From positions 26,310-90,309 of the forward strand of contig DASZXD010000042.1 in assembly GCA_035546015.1 (NCBI GenBank): a DNA stretch of 64,000 nt, read 5' to 3'. Source of the DNA: Terracidiphilus sp. (GTDB taxonomy: Bacteria; Acidobacteriota; Terriglobia; Terriglobales; Acidobacteriaceae). Of this stretch, positions 1-9,593 are shown piece by piece (within the stretch, counting starts at the first letter, position 1; every line of letters starts with the position of its first letter). The translations under genes were made by a program, and so were the position numbers. The notes below the pieces were generated by a model. The model did not search any database. It was not told the DNA's origin and was given only the letters and a program-made list of their open reading frames with translations.

Positions 1-1494
1 TGTTCCTGTTACCAGCCCGCTGAATGCACCATGCCCCGTTGTTCGCTTCCAGAACATACCGAGCAGGAACGTCGCAAACAGCGGCGCATTCACAAAGCTG
101 AACACCAGTTGCAACGTATCCATAATGTTGTTGAAGTTGATTGCCGCATACGCCGTTGCGATGGACAGCAGGATGCCTCCCACGGTCGCCCATCGGCCCA
201 CAGCGAGGTAGTGCTTGTCCGGCGCGCCCTTGTGAATGTACGACTGATAGAGGTCATAGGTAAACACCGTATTGAACGCTGTCACGTTGCCCGCCATGCC
301 GCTCATAAAGCTCGCCAGCAAGGCCGTCAGCCCAAGCCCCAGAATTCCGGTGGGGAAAAAGTGCAACAGCATATTCGGAGTCGCCATGTCGTAATCGAGC
401 AGAGGCTTGCCGCTCGCATCCAGCATCACCTTGCCGGTCACCGGATTCACCTTGGCGGGAATCAGCCCCTTACCTTGCGCTGCTGTTTGCGGCACAACAT
501 TGATCTCGTGATAGATCACGCCGTTTTCGTTACGCACCACCTCGGTGGTATGCGGCGTTGCCACCGCAATCGCAATCAGCCCAGGCAGAATCACCAGGAA
601 CGGAAACACCATCTTTGGAACAGCCGCAATCAGCGGCACCCTGCGCGCCGCCTCCATGTTCTCCGAGGCCATCGCCGTCTGGATCACCAGAAAATCCGTG
701 CACCAGTAGCCCGCGCTCAGCACGAACCCAAGCCCCATGCCGATCCCGATGATATCCACGCCCATCGGATTCGTGCTCGCATGCATCATGCCGCGCCACT
801 CGTGCATATACGCGACGGGCAGTGTAGCCTTCAGTCCCTGCCATCCACCCACGTTCTTCAGCCCCAGCAGCACCAGCGGCAGAAATCCGGCCACGATCAG
901 GAAAAACTGCAGCACTTCGTTGTAAATTGCGCTTGTCAGTCCGCCGAGAAAGATATAAAGCAGCACGATTACTGCGGACAACACAATCGAGAAGGTGAAT
1001 ATCCAGTCCTGCGGCCAGCCCAGCGAGCGAAACAGCCCATCGAACACATGCAACGCCTGAATCAGCCGCGCCATGGCATACATCGAGATTCCCGAGCTGA
1101 ACACAGTCATCACCGCAAACGAGCAGGCATTGAGCGCGCGCGTCTTTTCATCGAACCGAAGCCGCAGAAACTCAGGTACGCTGCGCGCCTTTGACCCGTA
1201 ATAAAACGGCATCATGAAGATGCCCACAAAGATCATCGCCGGAATGGCGCCAATACCGTAAAAGTGCGCTGTCTCCAGGCCATATTTCGCGCCAGAGGCG
1301 CCCATCCCGATCACTTCCTGCGCACCCAGGTTGGCGCTGATGAACGCCAGTCCGCAAATCCACGCCGGCAACGCCCGGCCCGCCTGAAAGAAATCCTTGC
1401 TCGTCTTCATGTAGCGCTTGAGGGCAAACCCGATCCCAAGCACAAAGAAGAAATAGAGCAGCATGATCAGCCAATCGACAGACGTCAGTTGCAA
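1..1494 (-). CDS. Sodium:solute symporter (SSS/SGLT family), partial; the 3' end lies beyond the left window edge
   Basis: Absent from the ORF track because it runs off the edge. Reverse-complement translation from TTG at 1494 reads LQLTSVDWLIMLLYFFFVLGIGFALKRYMKTSKDFFQAGRALPAWICGLAFISANLGAQEVIGMGASGAKYGLETAHFYG, a canonical SSS N-terminus. The frame stays open to position 1. An AAGGAG Shine-Dalgarno lies 5 nt upstream of the TTG, preceded by an in-frame TAA. An alternative ATG is at 1464. Confidence 0.8.
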   Translation of the reverse strand, partial: MQLTSVDWLIMLLYFFFVLGIGFALKRYMKTSKDFFQAGRALPAWICGLAFISANLGAQEVIGMGASGAKYGLETAHFYGIGAIPAMIFVGIFMMPFYYGSKARSVPEFLRLRFDEKTRALNACSFAVMTVFSSGISMYAMARLIQALHVFDGLFRSLGWPQDWIFTFSIVLSAVIVLLYIFLGGLTSAIYNEVLQFFLIVAGFLPLVLLGLKNVGGWQGLKATLPVAYMHEWRGMMHASTNPMGVDIIGIGMGLGFVLSAGYWCTDFLVIQTAMASENMEAARRVPLIAAVPKMVFPFLVILPGLIAIAVATPHTTEVVRNENGVIYHEINVVPQTAAQGKGLIPAKVNPVTGKVMLDASGKPLLDYDMATPNMLLHFFPTGILGLGLTALLASFMSGMAGNVTAFNTVFTYDLYQSYIHKGAPDKHYLAVGRWATVGGILLSIATAYAAINFNNIMDTLQLVFSFVNAPLFATFLLGMFWKRTTGHGAFSGLVTGT

Positions 1495-1846
1495 GTTGGC
1501 TCCTTATTCGGCCTGCATTCTTATCGAAATCGCAGTAGAATCCCGTGACCTCGCCGTGCGGCAAAAATCCCAACCACCCGCACAGCCCGATTCCACCCAT
1601 TTAGACGCAAGCTACCGGAATCACTCTACGCACCCGACCGGGGCCTAGTCCAGCGGAAAATGAAAATGTTTTCATAGGCTGTGCGCGAATCTGTATGGCC
1701 ACACGCCAGTATGGCTTCCGTGCATGAGCAGCGTGCCATTTGCCGCACCCCCCTGGTTCGAGTGTCACACAGCTACCGATAGCTGGACTCGGCCGCGCGA
1801 GCTAAGACGGCAAATGTCTGTGCCGCACCGTATCGCCTTCCGCGCA

Positions 1847-3562
1847 TCACTCGCTTTTATGCAGCCGCAGCATGGCGACGCCATGTACCGGCACGTTGAC
1901 GGAGAAGCTCTCAGACGAACGGCCAAGATCGGCGTGCGCCCAGAGATCGCGGGCTGTGTAGGATCCACTTAGCCCCAGCTGCGACAGCGATAGAGACACG
2001 TGCACAGCCTCGCTCCCCGGGTTGAAAGCCGCGACAGCAATATCTCCTGAAGCGAGAGGCTTGCTCCAAACGTTGACAACTCCTTCGCTGTAGCTCTCTT
2101 TACCACCCGCACCTAAAGCGTCCTGATCGACGGCAATCACTTCCCTGTTTGTCAGAATGTCCTTAATATCGGGCACCATATTGCGCAGATCGTTGCCCGC
2201 AATCAACGGAGCGGCGACCATAGCCCACAGACTGAAGTGGGTTTTGTACTCATCAGGAGTCATCCCCCCATTACCGATTTCGAGCATGTCCGGGTCATTC
2301 CAATGGCCCGGCCCGGCGAATTGCGATAGTCCGCTCTGTGCAAAGCCTATGTTTATCATCGAATCGTAGCGATCCCGAATGTCGGCCGTGGTCCGCCAGA
2401 GATTGGCCCCGACCTGCGGTCCCCAGGTTTGCACTTCGGCTCTTCCGTACTGGCAAAGCGCATACACTATCGGGCGGCCCGTCTTGTGGAGCGCTTCGCC
2501 CATCTTTTGATACACCGCCTGCATGTCGGTGTCTTTCCATACTCTGGAAGCGCTGCACCAGTCGTATTTCAGGTAGTCCATACCCCAGGATGCGTACATC
2601 GCGGCATCCTGCTCTTCGTGTCCGTAGCTGCCTTCGAATCCCCCGCATGTTCGCGGCCCCGGAGACGAGTAAATGCCAATCTTCAGACCCTTAGAATGCA
2701 CATAATCGGCCAGCGCCTTCATGTCAGGAAAGTTGGGGTTGGGAGATAACCTTCCCTGGCTGTCGCGCGATCCCTGCCATCCGTCGTCGATGATGACGTA
2801 CTGGTATCCAACGTCCTTCATGCCGCTCGCTACCATTGCATCGGCAATTCCACGAACTGCAGCGTCGTCGATGTGGGTGCGAAATTTGTTCCAGCTATTC
2901 CAGCCCATCGGGGGTGTGGCCGCCAGTCCATTCGAAGGAAGAGCTCGAAGCATGGGCAGTTCAATCTTGGGCAGAGTGGAATAGTCGACGGAAGGCGCTC
3001 GATACGACGGCGTGGGAGTTCCTCTGCGCGCCGTCACTTCGCCGATCTGAAATCGCCGAAATCCTCCTGACCCTCCTGGGCCCCCAGGACCTGCGCTCGC
3101 ATCGGGCCCGCTGGGCGGACCTGACGGAGGTGCTCCCATGCCTCCGGGCCCTGCCCCGTTCGGCCGGCCGGGAAACGCAGGCGTGAGCACAATCGTGTCA
3201 CCGACGATTTTGCCCTTCACCTCGCGCTTCGTCACATTACCGAAAGATTCCAACGCAACAGTGAACTGAAATGTGTCGCCGGAAACAGTACCATCCACAA
3301 TCGGCGAATCGCCGAAGGGCAGGATTTGCCTTCCGGTAATGTGTCCATCTTTCACTTTCAGTTCATAGTCAATCTCTATCTCGCCCATCGGCCCCTGGGC
3401 CTTCGCAACCCAGGTACCAGACAGATCAGTCGTCTGTTGTCCGCTCGCCGGAGCATTTTGCGCCGCCGCTTCAATCGAGGAGGAAACTGCGCAGGTGACT
3501 GCCGCAATTGCTGTAGAGCAAAACAGGCAAATTGTGTAAATGGAAAAGCGCTTCAAAACCAT
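1847..3562 (-). CDS. Secreted alpha-galactosidase (GH27) with an extra N-terminal beta-rich domain and a Gly/Pro-rich linker
   Basis: GH27 hallmarks are PPMGWNSWNKF, YQYVIIDDGWQG and MDYLKYDWC. The N-terminal signal peptide is MVLKRFSIYTICLFCSTAIAA. A GAAGGAGAG ribosome-binding site lies just upstream of the ATG. Confidence 0.9.
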   Translation of the reverse strand: MVLKRFSIYTICLFCSTAIAAVTCAVSSSIEAAAQNAPASGQQTTDLSGTWVAKAQGPMGEIEIDYELKVKDGHITGRQILPFGDSPIVDGTVSGDTFQFTVALESFGNVTKREVKGKIVGDTIVLTPAFPGRPNGAGPGGMGAPPSGPPSGPDASAGPGGPGGSGGFRRFQIGEVTARRGTPTPSYRAPSVDYSTLPKIELPMLRALPSNGLAATPPMGWNSWNKFRTHIDDAAVRGIADAMVASGMKDVGYQYVIIDDGWQGSRDSQGRLSPNPNFPDMKALADYVHSKGLKIGIYSSPGPRTCGGFEGSYGHEEQDAAMYASWGMDYLKYDWCSASRVWKDTDMQAVYQKMGEALHKTGRPIVYALCQYGRAEVQTWGPQVGANLWRTTADIRDRYDSMINIGFAQSGLSQFAGPGHWNDPDMLEIGNGGMTPDEYKTHFSLWAMVAAPLIAGNDLRNMVPDIKDILTNREVIAVDQDALGAGGKESYSEGVVNVWSKPLASGDIAVAAFNPGSEAVHVSLSLSQLGLSGSYTARDLWAHADLGRSSESFSVNVPVHGVAMLRLHKSE

Positions 3563-3792
3563 CTCTCCTTCGATCCTCGACGAGCTTCCTTTTCACGCCG
3601 ATTGATTCGCAGCGGAAATTATGCAGGGCGCGGGCATACATTGAACGTAAAGATTTGTAACAGCGTTCAAGAAGCCCGCCTGGTAAGTGTGTGTTGAAAA
3701 TGGGTGCCGGGGATAAGAAGCATACCGGACGGAAAAGCGTGGGAACTGTTCGGCACGACGAGATTCAATCCCACCATTTACACTAAGAGAGC

Positions 3793-4842
3793 ATGATCCC
3801 TACCCTCACCTGGACCTCCGAAGGCGTTCGCTTCATTGACCAGACCAAGCTTCCTCTCGAGGAGAGCTACGTCATGGCCACCAGCTACGAGCAGGTGGCC
3901 GACATCATCGTCACCATGGTCGTGCGCGGCGCACCGGCCATCGGCGTCTCCGCGGCCTATGGCATCGCTCTCGGCGCGCAGGGCACCTCTGCGAAAACCG
4001 CGCAGGAATTTGCACCCGAGTTTGAGAAAATCTGCAAGCGCCTGGCCGGAACCCGCCCTACAGCGGTCAATCTCTTCTGGGCCATCGACCGCATGAAGGC
4101 GCTTTTTGCCAAGTTGTTAAGCTCCGGCGTGCCCCTCGCGCAGATCCAGGAAAAAATCCTCGCCGAAGCACACGCCATGTATGAGGAAGACATTGCCGCC
4201 TGCAAGACCATGGGCTCATTCGGCGGCACGCTGCTGCCTGAAGAGGGTGGCGTGCTGACCCATTGCAATGCAGGCGCACTCGCTACCTGCGGCTACGGCA
4301 CGGCGCTCGGTGTCATCCGCGCCGCAGTCGAACAGGGCAAGCGCATCCACGTCTACGCCGACGAGACACGCCCCTTCTTGCAGGGCGCGCGCCTTACGGC
4401 ATGGGAACTGATGGCTGACGGCATTCCGACAACCGTCATCTGCGACAACATGGCTGCCAGCCTCATGCGCGCCGGAAAAATCAAGGCCGTTGTCGTGGGC
4501 GCAGATCGCATCGCCGCCAACGGCGACACCGCCAACAAGATCGGCACCTACAACGTCGGCATCCTGGCCAAAGAGCACGGTATCCCGTTCTATGTCGCCG
4601 CACCATGGTCTACTATCGACCTCGCCACACCTACCGGCGATGCCATCCCTATCGAAGAGCGGCCACAGGTTGAAGTCACGCATCATGCCGGCAAGCAGCT
4701 TACCCCGCACGGTGTGGGCATCTGCAACCCGGCCTTCGATGTGACGCCGGCAATGTACGTTACGGCCATCATCACCGAGCGTGGCGTGCTGCGCGCTCCC
4801 TACATCGAATCACTTCGCGAGATGGAACCCATCGCCAGCTAA
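3793..4842 (+). CDS. mtnA: S-methyl-5-thioribose-1-phosphate isomerase (eIF-2B alpha/beta/delta-like family)
   Basis: The N-terminus, [51 protein letters not shown], and the internal [18 protein letters not shown] motif are typical of MtnA. Confidence 0.9.
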   Translation: MIPTLTWTSEGVRFIDQTKLPLEESYVMATSYEQVADIIVTMVVRGAPAIGVSAAYGIALGAQGTSAKTAQEFAPEFEKICKRLAGTRPTAVNLFWAIDRMKALFAKLLSSGVPLAQIQEKILAEAHAMYEEDIAACKTMGSFGGTLLPEEGGVLTHCNAGALATCGYGTALGVIRAAVEQGKRIHVYADETRPFLQGARLTAWELMADGIPTTVICDNMAASLMRAGKIKAVVVGADRIAANGDTANKIGTYNVGILAKEHGIPFYVAAPWSTIDLATPTGDAIPIEERPQVEVTHHAGKQLTPHGVGICNPAFDVTPAMYVTAIITERGVLRAPYIESLREMEPIAS

Positions 4843-4869
4843 GCCCAGCGTTCTACAGTTGTATGTGTT

Positions 4870-5163
4870 GTGCTTCCCCGTTTGCACATCTTCAGCCTGC
4901 GGCATAAGTCGCTGGCGCGCGCTGTACTGCTCACCATGGGTGCATTCGCAGCCAGTCTCCGGCTCGCCGGCTTCCCTGACGTCGAGCATCTGCACCGCTC
5001 GTCCTGGCAGTACGTGGCCCTGCTGGCCGCCATCTGCGGCACGGCTGAAACCGCGCGCTGCCTGCGTAGCAAGTGGAGCCTTTACCATGCTGGCGTTCTC
5101 ATCATCCTCTACTCCGACCTCATCGTTTTGGCGGCTATCGTCGCTCTCATCGTCCTGGCCTGA
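4870..5163 (+). CDS. Small hypothetical membrane protein
   Basis: A 97-aa ORF (GTG start, alternative ATG at 4936) with hydrophobic segments (AVLLTMGAFAASL, VALLAAICG, VLIILYSDLIVLAAIVALIVLA). It sits between mtnA and mscL on the same strand. I recognised no family motif. Confidence 0.3.
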   Translation: MLPRLHIFSLRHKSLARAVLLTMGAFAASLRLAGFPDVEHLHRSSWQYVALLAAICGTAETARCLRSKWSLYHAGVLIILYSDLIVLAAIVALIVLA

Positions 5164-5273
5164 GCCCTCGATAAATCTGTCTCTGTGATTTTCCTCATAG
5201 CGCGCGTAACGCGCACCGTGTAGCATGGGCAAAACACGCGCCCCCTGTGACTCGCGCGTGACGGAGGAAGCCA

Positions 5274-5684
5274 ATGCTCAAGGGATTTCGTGATTTCATT
5301 CTGCGTGGCAATGTGGTCGACCTGGCCGTAGCCGTCATCCTCGGCGCGGCGTTTAACGGGATTGTCAATTCGCTAGTCGGAGACGTGCTCAACCCGCTCA
5401 TCGCTGCTACCATCGGCAAGCCCGACTTCAGTTCCGTCATCCTCCACGTCGGCGGAGGCGCTATCAAGGTGGGCAACTTCCTCAACGCCGCCGTATCGTT
5501 CATCATCGTAGCTGCTGTAGTCTACTTCTTCATCGTGTTGCCCATGAACACGCTGCTCAACCGCCTCAAGAAGCCCGTGCCTGAAGCGCTGCCCAGCACC
5601 AAAACCTGCCCCGAGTGCCTGAGCGAAATCCCGCTGGCCGCAAAGCGTTGCGCACACTGCGCACAACCAGTCCCTGCTTCCTGA
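5274..5684 (+). CDS. mscL: Large-conductance mechanosensitive channel MscL with a C-terminal CxxC-x12-CxxC zinc-ribbon tail
   Basis: MLKGFRDFILRGNVVDLAVAVILGAAFNGIV matches the MscL TM1 signature. The C-terminus carries CPECLSEIPLAAKRCAHC. Confidence 0.9.
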   Translation: MLKGFRDFILRGNVVDLAVAVILGAAFNGIVNSLVGDVLNPLIAATIGKPDFSSVILHVGGGAIKVGNFLNAAVSFIIVAAVVYFFIVLPMNTLLNRLKKPVPEALPSTKTCPECLSEIPLAAKRCAHCAQPVPAS

Positions 5685-5695
5685 TCCGCTACAGA

Positions 5696-5730
5696 ACAGA
5701 GGGCCGGGAAAAATCGTCCTGGCTCTCTGT
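5696..5730. terminator. Candidate bidirectional hairpin terminator between convergent mscL and the MFS gene
   Basis: The 14-nt arms 5696-5709 (ACAGAGGGCCGGGA) and 5717-5730 (TCCTGGCTCTCTGT) pair with two G-U wobbles around a 7-nt loop. The downstream U-tract is weak (UGUUGUG). Confidence 0.45.
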
Positions 5731-5758
5731 TGTGCAGCCTCGCTACATTGCTGCTCTG

Positions 5759-7078
5759 CTAATCCAGTTCCCTCAGCGCCGGCGATACCGAATAGATCAC
5801 TACAAAGCACACCACTGCGGTTCCGGCCATCATTGCCAGCGCGTGGCCCGTAGCAATATGTCGTGAAAGCTCGCCGGCCAGCAGCGCGCCCAGAGGTGGC
5901 AGGCCCAGAAAGCTCGTCGTGTAGATACTCATGATCCGCCCGCGCATCTCGTCTGACGACAAGTGCTGAATGCTGACGTTAAAGCAGGAGATCATCAGGA
6001 TTCCGCTCGCCCCTTCGCAAAATGCCAGGCAGGCGGACAGCGCAAAGATGTGCGAGTAGCTGAAACCGATGATCGCCAGAAAGAAGCCCACGCCGCACGC
6101 CGTCAGCAGTTGCCCTCTGCGACGGATCACTCCAGCCGCTGCCACCGTTACCGCACCCAGCACTGCGCCAAGGCCCGAGCAGGCCATCAGAAAGCCCAGC
6201 CCTGTCTCGCCGGCATGAAGTTGATCCTTAGCGAAATAAGGAATGAAGGTCAGGTAAGGAATGCCCAGCAGGCTTACCACCGCCGTCATCCACATGAGGA
6301 CTAGCATCTGCCGCTCGCTCCGCAGGTAAACGAAGCCTGCACGCAAACTGCACCAGATGCTCTCCCGCTTGGCTTGCGCCCCCTCCGGATAGCGGATACG
6401 CACCAATGCCCATAACACGGCCAGAAAGCTTAGCCCATTCAGAAAGAAGTTACCCGCCACGCCCACCAGCGCCATCGCGTATCCACCCAGTGACGGCCCG
6501 ACAATTCGCGACATATTGAACTGTGCCGAGTTCAGCGCCAGAGCATTGGTCAGGTCTTCGCGCCTCACCAGCTTGGGAACCATCGCCTGGTAGCTCGGTG
6601 CATTCATTGACATTGCCACGCCGTTCAGAAACGCAATTGCCGCCACCCACCACACGCTGTTCAGGTGCAGCAGCCTCGCCCACGCATGGCTGCTGTTGTG
6701 AAAGAACGCCACGCCTGCCAGCAAAAAGGCCAGCACCATCATCGCCGTCTGCGTCACCATCAGCAGCCTGCGCTTGTCTACGCGATCGGCCACCACCCCG
6801 CCGAACAACGAGACGAAGAGGAACGGAATAGACCCGGCAAAGCCGATCACGCCCAGCCAGAATGCCGAGTTGGTAAGCACCAGTACAAACCAACCCTGTG
6901 CCACGTTTTGCATCCATGTGCCGATATTGGAAAGAAAATTTCCACCCCAGAAAAGCCTGAAGTTCGGGTTCTCAAGCGCACGGATCACCTGAGGCAGCCG
7001 GTCGGCCTTCTCCCGGGCCAGCGCCTGTTCCACACGCAACACATCGATCGGGACCTCGGGTTCGGGTTCTCCCTGCAA
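5759..7078 (-). CDS. MFS transporter (EntS/MFS_3-like family)
   Basis: A multi-span hydrophobic protein. The N-terminal motif NPNFRLFWGGNFLSNIGTWMQNVAQGWFVLVLT and the downstream GGVVADRVDKRRLL are typical of this MFS subfamily. Confidence 0.85.
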   Translation of the reverse strand: MQGEPEPEVPIDVLRVEQALAREKADRLPQVIRALENPNFRLFWGGNFLSNIGTWMQNVAQGWFVLVLTNSAFWLGVIGFAGSIPFLFVSLFGGVVADRVDKRRLLMVTQTAMMVLAFLLAGVAFFHNSSHAWARLLHLNSVWWVAAIAFLNGVAMSMNAPSYQAMVPKLVRREDLTNALALNSAQFNMSRIVGPSLGGYAMALVGVAGNFFLNGLSFLAVLWALVRIRYPEGAQAKRESIWCSLRAGFVYLRSERQMLVLMWMTAVVSLLGIPYLTFIPYFAKDQLHAGETGLGFLMACSGLGAVLGAVTVAAAGVIRRRGQLLTACGVGFFLAIIGFSYSHIFALSACLAFCEGASGILMISCFNVSIQHLSSDEMRGRIMSIYTTSFLGLPPLGALLAGELSRHIATGHALAMMAGTAVVCFVVIYSVSPALRELD

Positions 7079-7219
7079 CTGTTCTTCGACGTTCAGAACC
7101 GGCTCCTTAGAGCTTTAGTGTAAGCGCAAGCATTCCCGCCGGCCCCGCCCGGCATGCGTTCTGTTACGATCAATTCCCAAAGCGCGGGCGCTTTTCGTGC
7201 CCGTCACGGGGTACAGCCG

Positions 7220-9355
7220 ATGAACCGGAGCAAGGCGCTCGCCATTCTCTCGCTGCTCGTGTTAGTTGCATTGTCTGCAGACCACGGCGTATTGCCCGCA
7301 CAATCCTCTGAACCGCAATCCGTCTTCGGCTACTCGAGCTTCGCCGCCGAGTCCAAAATCGAAGAAAGATTCCTCGCCGTGCCCGACGCAAAGCTCGCCG
7401 GCCTCGACCTCAAGGTGCTCACCGCTGAACCGCACATGGCGGCTACCCCGAGCGACCACCGCACTGCCTACTACATGGCAGAGAAATTTCGCGCCGCAGG
7501 CCTCGCAACTGAGATCGTCCCCTACCGCGTCCTGATGAACCAGCCCAAAGAGGTTCGCGTCGAGGCCTACGACCCCTCCGGCAAGCTGCTCATGTCCGGC
7601 CCTACCCGCGAACACGTAGACGGTGACCCTTATCAGGATGACCCGCGTGTGGTCATGCCCTTTAATGGCTCCTCGAGCTCCGGCGACGTTACCGCTGAAG
7701 TGGTCTACGCCAACTACGGCCGCCTCGAAGATTTCGATGAGCTGGCCAGGCAGCATATTGATCTGCATGGCAAGATAGTCATCTGCCGCTATGGCAACAA
7801 CTTCCGGGGCGTCAAGGTCTACATTGCAGAGCAGCGTGGCGCCGCCGGCGTGCTCATCTACTCTGATCCGCAAGACGACGGTTATTACAAAGGCGATCCC
7901 TGGCCCACCGGTCCCTGGCGACCCGACACCGGAGTCCAGCGCGGCTCCGTGCAATATCTCTTCAAGTACCCTGGAGACCCCGAAACACCAGGTGTCCCCG
8001 CTACGCCTGACCTGCCTGACTCCGCGCGCATCTCGCCCGAAGGCAACCAGCCGCACATCATCTCCATTCCCATCAGCTACCACGATGCTGCACCCATCCT
8101 GCAAGCCCTCAAAGGCCCCGGCGTGCCGCAGGGATGGCAGGGCGCACTTCCCTTCCGCTATCACCTTGGCCCCGGCGGCGTGCGCGTGCACCTCGTCTCG
8201 CAGCAGGACTACCAACGCCGCATCATCTGGGACGTCATCGGCACCATCAAGGGCTCCGAATACCCCGACAACTGGGTGGTGGTCGGCAACCATCGCGACG
8301 CCTGGGTTTACGGCGCAGTCGATCCCAGCAGCGGCACCGCCGCCATGCTTGAAGCTGTGCGCGGAATCGGCACGCTCCTCCGCGGGGGCTGGCGTCCCAA
8401 ACGTACCATAGCCTTCTGCAGTTGGGACGCCGAGGAAGAAGGCCTGATCGGCTCAACAGAATGGGCCGAGCAATACGCCACCACTCTCCAGAACGCCGTC
8501 CTCTACTCCAATGTCGACGTCGCCGTTTCCGGCCCCAACTTCTCCGCGTCCGCCGTTCCTTCGCTGAAGGAATTCCTCCGCCAGATCGCGCACTCCGTGC
8601 CCAGTCCTGCAGGCGGAACCGTCTTCGATCAATGGCGCGTCTACCAGGCCGGTGACCAGTTCCACCGCGAAAATAATGCCGAGCCCTCCATTCCCGGCGA
8701 GGTCCGCGTCGGCGACCTCGGCTCCGGTTCCGACTACACGCCTTTCCTGCAGCATCTCGGCGTCCCGTCAACTGACGTTGGCTCAGATGGTCCCTACGGC
8801 GTCTATCACTCCACTTTCGACGACTACGCCTGGTACATCCAGAATGCCGATCCGCACTTCTTCTACTTGCAGGAGATGGCTCGCGTCTTTGGCCTCGAGG
8901 CTATCCGCATGGCAGACGCCGACGTCCTCCCCTACGACTACGTCGCCTACGCCCACGAGATCACACAGTACCTGGATGCCGCAAAAACCAAGGCTCGCAA
9001 AAACGATCTCGATAACGTCGACTTCGCCGCCGTAGACGCTGCCGCATCCCGCTTCGCTGCCGCCGCGCAGAAGGCGCATCAGTTCCAGTCCGCGCCCGCT
9101 GGCAACCTTGCCCGCATCAACACAACACTCCGCCAGGTTGAAGCCGACCTGCTCTCACCCGCCGGCCTGCCCAACCGTCCCTGGTATAAGCACACCATCT
9201 ACGCACCCGGCGAATACACTGGCTACGCCGCCATTGTTATACCTGGCGTCAACGAATCCCTGGACGCAAAGAACGCATCCCTCGCCACTCAGCAACTAAT
9301 TGTGCTTGCACAAGCGCTGGACCGCGCTGCTCAGACTCTGGACTCCGTACACTGA
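7220..9355 (+). CDS. Secreted M28 metallopeptidase, glutamate carboxypeptidase II / transferrin-receptor-like (PA domain + M28 + dimerisation domain)
   Basis: The signal peptide MNRSKALAILSLLVLVALSA begins at 7220; the ORF track's longest start is 7154. Motifs GNHRDAWVYGAVDPSSGTAAMLE, SWDAEEEGLIGSTEW and GSGSDYTPFLQHLGVPS match the PSMA-like M28 family. Confidence 0.85.
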   Translation: MNRSKALAILSLLVLVALSADHGVLPAQSSEPQSVFGYSSFAAESKIEERFLAVPDAKLAGLDLKVLTAEPHMAATPSDHRTAYYMAEKFRAAGLATEIVPYRVLMNQPKEVRVEAYDPSGKLLMSGPTREHVDGDPYQDDPRVVMPFNGSSSSGDVTAEVVYANYGRLEDFDELARQHIDLHGKIVICRYGNNFRGVKVYIAEQRGAAGVLIYSDPQDDGYYKGDPWPTGPWRPDTGVQRGSVQYLFKYPGDPETPGVPATPDLPDSARISPEGNQPHIISIPISYHDAAPILQALKGPGVPQGWQGALPFRYHLGPGGVRVHLVSQQDYQRRIIWDVIGTIKGSEYPDNWVVVGNHRDAWVYGAVDPSSGTAAMLEAVRGIGTLLRGGWRPKRTIAFCSWDAEEEGLIGSTEWAEQYATTLQNAVLYSNVDVAVSGPNFSASAVPSLKEFLRQIAHSVPSPAGGTVFDQWRVYQAGDQFHRENNAEPSIPGEVRVGDLGSGSDYTPFLQHLGVPSTDVGSDGPYGVYHSTFDDYAWYIQNADPHFFYLQEMARVFGLEAIRMADADVLPYDYVAYAHEITQYLDAAKTKARKNDLDNVDFAAVDAAASRFAAAAQKAHQFQSAPAGNLARINTTLRQVEADLLSPAGLPNRPWYKHTIYAPGEYTGYAAIVIPGVNESLDAKNASLATQQLIVLAQALDRAAQTLDSVH

Positions 9356-9593
9356 CAGGTCCATCAATGGATGGCCGGGTTGCCCCGTCTTCACGCTCAC
9401 ACAGCCGGGGTGTTCTATTTTCTCTACGATGGACAACTCGACCGCCTTCTGCGAATCTTTCGCCGTCCGAAGCGGTCCAGCCACACTATTTGCAGAACAT
9501 CGCACGACTGTTTATGGTTATGCCGATTCCATCCTTGACTTCGGCTCATACTTTCAGTTCAAGATCGATGCGCCGTATCCGCCACTGAAAAAT

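Noticed and set aside
31-1194. 387-aa plus-strand ORF, the longest listed ORF at the left end
   Set aside because: The composition is extremely Arg/His/Gln-rich and has no recognisable motif. It lies exactly antisense to a minus-strand frame that encodes a textbook sodium:solute symporter. This is the typical antisense shadow ORF of high-GC DNA.
1755-1763. tRNA T-loop-like GGTTCGAGT in the 1600-1846 intergenic region
   Set aside because: No flanking acceptor, D or anticodon stems can be drawn, so this is a chance match.
7262-8293. 343-aa minus-strand ORF inside the M28 peptidase gene
   Set aside because: It is antisense to a gene with clear M28/PA-domain motifs. Its sequence is low-complexity and Ala/Gly/Val/Asp-rich, with no start context.
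9356-9593. Possible terminator or small ORFs between the M28 peptidase and the maturase gene
   Set aside because: Only a 5-bp CCCCG/CGGGG stem with an 18-nt loop precedes a T-rich stretch. The listed ORFs (9300..9719, 9367..9588) overlap real genes or lack coding character.
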